Below are positions 56,760-64,000 of a stretch of DNA of 64,000 nt, in pieces. The notes beneath the pieces were generated by a model. That model did not search any database and was not told the DNA's origin. It saw nothing but the letters and a program-made list of their open reading frames with translations. The DNA comes from Naegleria gruberi (taxonomy: Eukaryota), in NCBI GenBank assembly GCA_000004985.1, contig GG738920.1. One strand, written 5' to 3'. Positions within the stretch are counted from its first letter, which is position 1. The number at the start of each line of letters is the position of its first letter. The position numbers and the translations under genes were made by a program.

Positions 56760-57299
56760 TTACAATGAATTCAAAGTTATTAAGGATTGTCCAGAAATAA
56801 GACAACTCATTGTTTGGTTTTCGATAAATTGGGGCAAAATGATTTTTTAAAGGATTTTGTTCTCTTAATTTTCAATTTTGCTGACCATTTGTGGTCTTTT
56901 TTAAATTTTCATCGTCGTACAGATTAGGTGGTAAGGCTTTAATTTTGGTAATTTTCAAAATTAATTTATTGGAAAGTTGTTAATAAATTAATAATTTTTA
57001 TTATTTCACAATGTCCTTATTCTCCAAGCAAGATTACACTCAAGAGGAAGAAGCAACTGATGATACCAATGTGTTCGAGGAGGATGGATCGAAGAAGCTT
57101 ATTGATGAATCATCACAGAGTCAACATGATGAACAGTCGGGTTGACAGCTGTTTATGTAAATAACAATCATTGTTACTATTCATCTATTAATATTGTTAA
57201 TGTTACTCAATTCATATCCATTCATATCATGTGATTACATAGATGATAACCAAACAAGTTATTCAATATTAAACAGCAACCAGAAAATTAAAAATCAGA

Positions 57300-57373
57300 T
57301 ACCGACAATGGGGCTCGAACCCACGACCCCAGGATTAGAAGTCCTGTGCTCTATCCAACTGAGCTATGACGGC
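57300..57373 (-). tRNA. tRNA-Arg (UCU)
   Basis: Reverse complement 'GCCGTCATAGCTCAGTTGGATAGAGCACAGGACTTCTAATCCTGGGGTCGTGGGTTCGAGCCCCATTGTCGGTA'. The acceptor stem has one U-U mismatch. Confidence 0.75.
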
Positions 57374-58386
57374 TTTATGATCACTATAAATTGTATTCCA
57401 ATAATAACTAATATTCTGTCCCAAGATTGTGGCATGTGTTATCCTTTATGAGCTGGCTAATGAAGCTCCAGAGGTTTTATCTCATTCTCCACTGTTTAGA
57501 AGCTAACCATACATAATTCATTACAATATTTGCAAATGATCGAATTTCATAAATTTTATGGGGAAATTCCTTCTTTTTTCACCTTCACAACGGCTCTTGT
57601 TCTTTACTTGTTCTCCTGAAGCAACGAAAGGTAATTAATTTCCATCAACAGATATAGATTTGATAATTCAGCACCTTGTTCGTTCACTCCATTGATAACA
57701 ATAATAATGACATTATTACAATGCTTTGTGAACAAGACCATATCGTTACATTATTCTAAAAAGGCAAGCTAGAGAATTGGAGCGAAACATTATGCAAACT
57801 CTCTTTACAGAAGAAACTCTATTCGATTTACAGCAAAGAGGTCCACAAAAACCTTGAATAGTCTCAATGTTACTAAGACTTTAATTGTCTTTCGAACCCT
57901 GAACAGTCATAGGGATCGTTCGAAAGTATTTTGTTGACAGGTCACGCTCACTTGTACTTTCTGGAAAAGGATTCCCATAAAATTCCAACTTGTAGAAATG
58001 ACAGATAATAATGCCAGGAACTTTTTGGAGTCTCTCATGATTTACAACTCCAATTGTTGTATTGACTCAAAGATAAATGAGAAGTTGAGGTGAATTTTGC
58101 AACAGCTATCAATTTGTTCTTCTTTTGGAGAATGGCTAGAATTTTGAGGTATTTTCACTATCAAAGAATATTATTGGGTTACCAGTACATCATGCTCTTT
58201 GGTTCAACTGTTTTGACTGGTAATTTAACGCATCCTTCACTTGTCAGCCTTCTTTAAAAAAAAATTCTAACGTAACTGCCGCGTCGCAAACAAAAACACA
58301 CTCATCAAACGGCAGAAGTGTTCTGAGTCATTCATCATTTAAAACATTCAACTCACAAACATCAAAACTTCATCAAAACATTTAAA

Positions 58387-60324
58387 ATGGGTCAAGCCTG
58401 TGGTCTAGGAAGTAACAACGGAAAACAAATTGACCAAAAGGTTAATGATATGCTCCGTGATGATAGATTAAACGATAGCGAGATTAAATTACTCTTGTTA
58501 GGTGCTGGTGAATCTGGCAAATCTACATTGTTCAAGGTATGTTGTTGTTAATGATGATAATTTGGTGGATAACAATAATGTTTTTAATGTCTTGTTGTCT
58601 TGTTACCCATTTACAATTTTATTCATAATTATATACTATGGATAATTCATATCTTCATTCCTAATCATAACAATCATGGCGATGACGAATGGCAATGAAC
58701 CTCATCCTGTGCTTGTGCTTGTTCTTTTTTACTGTAAATTTTGGCATCCCACATGAAACCGTTACTATTTGTTTCCCTCCAAAAATTATTTCTGTTTTAA
58801 AAACTTATTGCTAATGATGATGCTGTTATCCAATGATAATCATCATGATGACAATATGATGTTGATGACGATCATCGTTTGGGTTCATTCACCACCACCA
58901 AATATCAACTTCCATGGAATGTGAACACCTGTTACTACCACTACTACCTAACAAAATATGTGAACCGTATTCCATTATATTCTCTTCCTTCCTTTCTAAC
59001 GTCATTCATCATACTATCTATTCTATTATTATTCAATATTATATATTTATTATATTCACTAATCAAATTCTATAATTTATAATCATAATACCACAGCAAA
59101 TCAGAATTATACACGACGGAGGTTATAATGAACACGAATTACTTGGTTTCGTTGATACTATTCACTCCAACGTTCTCCAATCTATGCAAGCTCTTATTCA
59201 AGCCTCTCATGATCTCAACATTCCTATTGAGAACCCAGAGAATAGACAAAAGGCTGCTAAAATCCTTGAATTACAAAACGACTCACTCTTGAATATTAAC
59301 AAGGTCTACAATGAAGCCTTTGCCAATGACTTGAAGGATTTATGGGAAGATGCTGGTATACAGACTGTTTATAAACGTAGAAACGAATTCCAATTGTTGG
59401 ACTCTACTGAGTAGTAAGTATTTACTTAGAACAACAATAACAATAATTATTATTTAATTATTATTATTATATAATCATAACAATAACAACAACAATATAC
59501 AGCTTCTATACAAACTTGAAGAGAATCTCTCAAAAAGACTATGTTCCTAACCAACAAGATGTCCTCCACTGCAGAATAAAAACCACTGGTGTGGTTCAGC
59601 TGAGGTTCGAAATTGATGAACTCAAAATGTAAGTAACAAACACAATCCAAAATACTAATTAGATACTTTGACATTCTGATGACATTCCTTGATGTTTCCC
59701 TTCATCATACAACAATGATAATAATAATTACAATAATATAGGCTTCTCATTGACGTTGGTGGTCAAAGAAACGAACGTAAGAAATGGTACGTATTCTCAT
59801 CTCTCCCATCCTTTTATTTACCACATTAATTATACACACAATAATTTAATAATTAATAATTTATAATTTTCAATAATAATAATAGGATTCACTGCTTTGA
59901 TGATGTCACTGCCATTATTTTCGTTGCCAGTTTGAGTGAATTTGATCAAAAGTGTTACGAAGATGATAGTACAAACCGTTTGGACGAATCCATACTTTTA
60001 TTTGATGAAATTGTCAATTCTCACTTCTTTGAAAAGACACCTGTTATCTTGTTCTTGAATAAGAGTGACTTGTTTTCTAAAAAGTTGAATGAACGTGGTG
60101 TTTTCAAGAGAGTTTTCCCAGAATTTGAAGGAGATGACACCAATTTGAGACAATGTGCAGATCACATCAAGGACAAATTCATTTCTCGTGTTGAAGATAA
60201 GGATGAAAAGAAGATTGATGTCAGGATAACATGTGCCACTGATACTGAGGCCATCAAGACAGTATTCGACAATGTTAAGGAAGCCATTGTCAAGAACACC
60301 GTTATTGGTAAAAACAACTTTTAA
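58387..60324 (+). CDS. Heterotrimeric G-protein alpha subunit, 358 aa. Model is join(58387..58536,59097..59413,59503..59628,59742..59786,59886..60324)
   Basis: 'MGQACG', 'LLLLGAGESGKSTLFKQIRIIH', 'DVLHCRIKTTGVV', 'LLIDVGGQRNERKKWIHCF', 'ILFLNKSDLF' and 'TCATDT' are G1-G5 boxes formed only after splicing. Introns are 560, 89, 113 and 99 nt, all GT...AG. Confidence 0.85.
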
Positions 60325-60967
60325 TTTCTAAAGTTATTACTGAGACAGAACAAAGTTTCATTCCTTTCCATATCATTGTCACATTTCAATGATTCCCTTT
60401 CCTTCTTTACAAGTTAATCCACACAATTTAATGTGAATATAATCTTCTAGACCACACACAGTATTTTCATCATCTTCACTACTACACACACAAGTATAAT
60501 AATATTATAAAAATAAAATTTAATTTATCATAAATTTAATTATTAATATTTCAATATGTTCAAATATATTGAGATCTGAAATAATTGAAGTTGAGTGTTT
60601 AATGAATGATGACAGGTAGGTGAACGGTAACATCAGAATCTCCTTAAAATCACTACAGAACAAACTCTACTATCTTGAGAATTATTCAATTGAAGAAGTT
60701 TTTGTAAAACATGAAGCCAAACCTCAATGGTTTTTGCATAACCTCTCAACCATGCAACTTTTTCTTGCAACTCTTTACAATTTCACATCATTCACTTACA
60801 AAATATCTTGCAATCAATTTCAAACTGCGGATCTGACACCCGCATGACAAGCATTCATTCCACCTCTATTGGTCCACTTCTCATATATTTTGTAAAATCC
60901 AGACAAATTTTAGCTTTAAAAACTACATATTCTCCCACAGGATTCTCATCAATTCAAACAAAAAAAA

Positions 60968-62158
60968 ATGTTTACACTCATTCTCATCTGCTTTTTGATA
61001 TTTTGCCTCCTATTTTACGTGGTTGCTTCTCGAGTGGGAGGACCATTGTTCTGTCTTGCAAAAATCATTCACTTCCTATTGACTATCAAGGAAAAGTTCA
61101 TCTCCGATACAAGGAAAATTTATGGAGATTTGTGTAGCCCCGAAGGAAGAGCTTTCATGTTGTTGGCCTCGACTTCAGTGAACGATTCGGAACCAAAGAG
61201 AAAGCTCAATCATGATGATTTTAAGAAAATTGTGGCCAAGTTGGAATTTGCCACTCGTGTCTTGTACAAATCAGATTTTGAAGTGGAAAGAGCTAGAAAT
61301 TCGAATGAAATTTCAATTGAATCATTTTCTAGAGGTAGAGAACGAAATAATGTGTGGATTTCACATAAGAAGGATGCCAAGGAGAGAAAGACTTTGATAT
61401 TTATTCATGGTGGAGGATTTTTCTTTGGATCAACTCATTCTTATGCTGGTCTTTTCATTCCATTTGTGGAAAAGTTTGGCATTAATGTTTATTTGGTTGA
61501 TTATGGATTATCTCCTAAGGTTGATTATAAGGAAATTTTCCCTGAAGTTCTTGGAGAGGTCAAGACTGCTATTTCAGAACTGGGTTTGAATCCTGAATTA
61601 GTTACTCTTGGAGGTGATTCTGCAGGGTAAGTTGATCAAATTTTTATTCGAAAGGATTGAAATTTAACTTGTTCATTTTCAAATAGTGGTAACTTGGTTA
61701 TGAACACACTGAGATTTTTAAAACAATCCAACTCTCCACTTTATTCTCAATTGAATAACATTTTACTGATGAGTCCTTGGTGTGATCTCTGTTTGGAAAC
61801 TAAAAGTATTGTGGCAGCTGGTAATAGAAATGAAATTAGTCTTTCTCGTCGTTTAATTCTCGATTGTGACAATTCGCAAGTTCCATTCACATCTGATCCA
61901 AAGGAATTCTCAATTGCTCACTGGCCAGAGATTGATGTTTTGCATGGAAAGAGAGTTTTCTTCAATTATGGATCTAAGGAACGTTTGATTGATGAATTGA
62001 GTGTTTTTGAGAAGAGATTGGTGAAAGATCAAGATTTGATGAAGGAATTGAAGATTTTGGTTGGAAGAGATTTGTTCCATGATTATCCATTGTTTTATAA
62101 TTTCATTCCAGAAGGAAGAGAATTCTTTGAGCAATTAGCCAAGTTCATTAAAAATTAA
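60968..62158 (+). CDS. Alpha/beta-hydrolase fold-3 esterase/lipase (HGGGF...GDSAG type, arylacetamide-deacetylase/HSL-like). Model is join(60968..61626,61687..62158) with an N-terminal membrane anchor
   Basis: 'LIFIHGGGFFFGS' oxyanion motif and 'LGGDSAGGNLV' nucleophile elbow. The elbow spans a 60-nt GTAAGT...TAG intron. Confidence 0.75.
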
Positions 62159-62204
62159 TCCACCTTCTTAATTATTGTATTGATTATTAATATAGTATTA
62201 CAAA

Positions 62205-63866
62205 TTAATAACGTATTTGATAATATTTTTCTACATGTTCCAATTCAGGATAGGTGACTGATAATCTGTGATAATGTTGTTGTTTGGAATAGGTAGAAAA
62301 ATATCCAAAATGTTCCAAACCTATTGCTGTAATTTCTGGATTATTTTCATAAACAAAATCAATGACAAGCTTGAAATTTTGTTTTGCAATTTGCTTTACG
62401 AATTCAAAATTTCGTGACAAGTTTCCATATAATTCAGGTGAGGTAATTCTTCCAACACGAACATTCTTGATGACATCGATATCATTTTGCAACTCCTCTG
62501 ATGCAAATTGAAGAGATGACCCATCAATTTGAACCACCTGAATAACAAATTCCTTATCATTTTGCAACTCTTCGGTGGCATAGATGAATGGCTGAACGAA
62601 AGGTTCTGCCTCTTTCTTAGATTCCAAGATAATAGCTTCCAAAACAATTTCCTTGTCTGAGCGAAGCTCCTCAGATGCATAATCAAGGTTTGTAGTGTTA
62701 ATTCTAATGGCCTCGAGTACAATTTCTCTGTCTGCTTCTATTTCTTCTGAGGCATACTCCAAAGAACCATTATTTCTTAATGCTTCCAATACCATTTCTC
62801 TATCATCTTGAAAATGTTCAAAGAAAAAGAGTAAAGTACCATCTTGTTTGATTGCTTGCATGACCAACTCTCTGTCTTTTTTCAATCCAGAAGATGCAAA
62901 TCGAATGGAGCTTGCACACTTTTGAATGGCCGTACTAACAATTTCTCTATCATTTTTCAGTGCGGAAGAGGCATACTCCAGAGCTTCTCCATTTTGCTTC
63001 ACAGCAGCAAGTACTATTTCTCTATCTGATTTGAAATCAATCGATACTGATTTGAGGGAAGCACCAGAGTGAGAGACAGAGGATAGAATAATTTCTCTGT
63101 TAGATTTGAAGGAGTTTGGGGCAAAGTCTATAGGGAACTTTTTTGATTCAGGACTAGCTCTATATTTAACAGCTTCCACTATTATTTCCCTATCGAATAG
63201 AAACTTTTTGTCAATAAACTCAATGACCATTCCATTCATTTTGATACATTGTAAAATAAAGTCCCTATCAGATTGCAACTCCTCTGCTGCTTCTCTAATA
63301 GATTTAGGAAATTTTGCAACATGTTGCAAAGTAATTTCTCTATCAGATCTAATTTCATAAGAGGCCAATCCAAATGCTTGTCCATTATAACACCCATCTT
63401 GAATAATTTTCATAAAGATTTCCTTATCACTCTTCAAATGATTTGGCAAGAATGAAGATAAATTCGGATTATTCTCAATGGACAGCAACGCCAGCTCTTT
63501 ATCATTCTTCAATTCTTGTGGAAGCATATAATAGGCTCCAACATAGGTTTTCATCACCTTCCTAATCACCTCCTTATCAAAGCTATACTCCTTCGGTGCC
63601 CTATTAATAAAAGTTCCATTCACTTCCAATAACTTGTCGAGAAACTGTAAATTCATCACTCCTTCCTCACTCTGCAATAACAATGGAGAAAACTTAAATT
63701 GAATATCTCGATGAAAAAGTGAAACTTCCTTTCCCTTCCTTCTCAAAGCATCAAACAAATTAAACACATAGCCTCCATCATGATAATACTCGATCGGAAT
63801 AAAATCATCATTAATTTTAAAAGAATTTTCAAAGTATTTTCGGGTGGAGGAGGAAATTCTGCTCAT
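62205..63866 (-). CDS. Repeat protein resembling DUF4116, about 554 aa, with 10 or more ~38-aa 'DREIVLEAV..NG.AL.YASEEL..DREIV' repeats
   Basis: Paralogue of 43912-44889. The first ATG is at 63866 (the track ORF starts at a TTG at 63902). It runs close to the window edge. Confidence 0.6.
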   Translation of the reverse strand: MSRISSSTRKYFENSFKINDDFIPIEYYHDGGYVFNLFDALRRKGKEVSLFHRDIQFKFSPLLLQSEEGVMNLQFLDKLLEVNGTFINRAPKEYSFDKEVIRKVMKTYVGAYYMLPQELKNDKELALLSIENNPNLSSFLPNHLKSDKEIFMKIIQDGCYNGQAFGLASYEIRSDREITLQHVAKFPKSIREAAEELQSDRDFILQCIKMNGMVIEFIDKKFLFDREIIVEAVKYRASPESKKFPIDFAPNSFKSNREIILSSVSHSGASLKSVSIDFKSDREIVLAAVKQNGEALEYASSALKNDREIVSTAIQKCASSIRFASSGLKKDRELVMQAIKQDGTLLFFFEHFQDDREMVLEALRNNGSLEYASEEIEADREIVLEAIRINTTNLDYASEELRSDKEIVLEAIILESKKEAEPFVQPFIYATEELQNDKEFVIQVVQIDGSSLQFASEELQNDIDVIKNVRVGRITSPELYGNLSRNFEFVKQIAKQNFKLVIDFVYENNPEITAIGLEHFGYFSTYSKQQHYHRLSVTYPELEHVEKYYQIRY

Positions 63867-64000
63867 CTTTTCCCGGAGATAATTGTTGTTGAGTTTTTGC
63901 AATTGGAATTGATCGGAGGCTTGATTATCGAGGAAGAGAATGACGCGCTCATTTTCTTCGTTAGCACTTTTAATTTTTTTAAAGTTTGTTTCATTGATTG

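Noticed and set aside
57194-57451. 85-aa ORF overlapping tRNA-Arg
   Set aside because: It overlaps a canonical tRNA on the opposite strand and has no start context. Spurious
1-64000. CRISPR arrays, operons, or prophage/mobile-element ORFs such as a transposase or integrase
   Set aside because: No direct-repeat/spacer arrays were seen. No reverse transcriptase, integrase or transposase motifs were seen in any frame of the long ORFs. The genome is eukaryotic

Overview
This window is eukaryotic nuclear DNA with about 33% GC and standard stop codons. It has spliceosomal introns with GTAAGT/GTATGT/GTGAGT donors and AG acceptors. It is not prokaryotic and there are no CRISPR arrays or operons. All coordinates I derived by hand (splice sites, RNA gene ends) may be off by 1-2 nt; coordinates taken from the ORF track are exact.

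The first 9.4 kb is a composite repeat block that looks subtelomeric. Several ~1-kb unit families recur two or three times, there are three runs of N (50, 50 and 2053 nt), and two arrays of the telomere-type hexamer (CCCAAA)n (complement of TTTGGG/TTGGG) at 2137-2334 and 4105-4468. Each array starts directly after a 50-N gap and is followed by the same ~650-bp sequence, so both N-run placement and repeat copy number are unreliable here.

From about 11 kb to 64 kb the sequence is gene-dense single-copy DNA. Recognisable protein genes include a G-protein alpha subunit (5 exons), a cullin (3 exons), histone H2B, cofilin/ADF, a DH-domain RhoGEF (3 exons), two alpha/beta-hydrolase esterases (an acyl-protein-thioesterase-like one and a GDSAG-type one), a PhoPQ-activated pathogenicity-related (PqaA)-like hydrolase, an RWP-RK transcription factor, a bacterial-type RIC/YtfE di-iron protein, a DAP3/mS29-like P-loop protein with a long acidic N-terminal extension, a prolyl-4-hydroxylase fused to an F-box, a large NHL-repeat type I membrane protein, a secreted/GPI-type glycoprotein, a drug/metabolite transporter (DMT, EamA-type) membrane transporter, an ankyrin-repeat mini-protein, a PX-domain protein and three paralogous repeat proteins resembling DUF4116. 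Several other ORFs are hypothetical.

RNA polymerase III genes are dispersed through the protein genes: three 5S rRNA genes, tRNA-Asp(GUC), two identical tRNA-Glu(UUC) copies in inverted orientation, an intron-containing tRNA-Tyr(GUA) and tRNA-Arg(UCU). Introns fall into two length classes, roughly 40-46 nt and 60-145 nt, plus one 560-nt intron.

Gene content (PqaA-like, RWP-RK), a 5S motif that I recall, without checking, as matching the Dictyostelium discoideum 5S rRNA, and the intron pattern together suggest a dictyostelid-like amoebozoan. That is an inference, not an identification.
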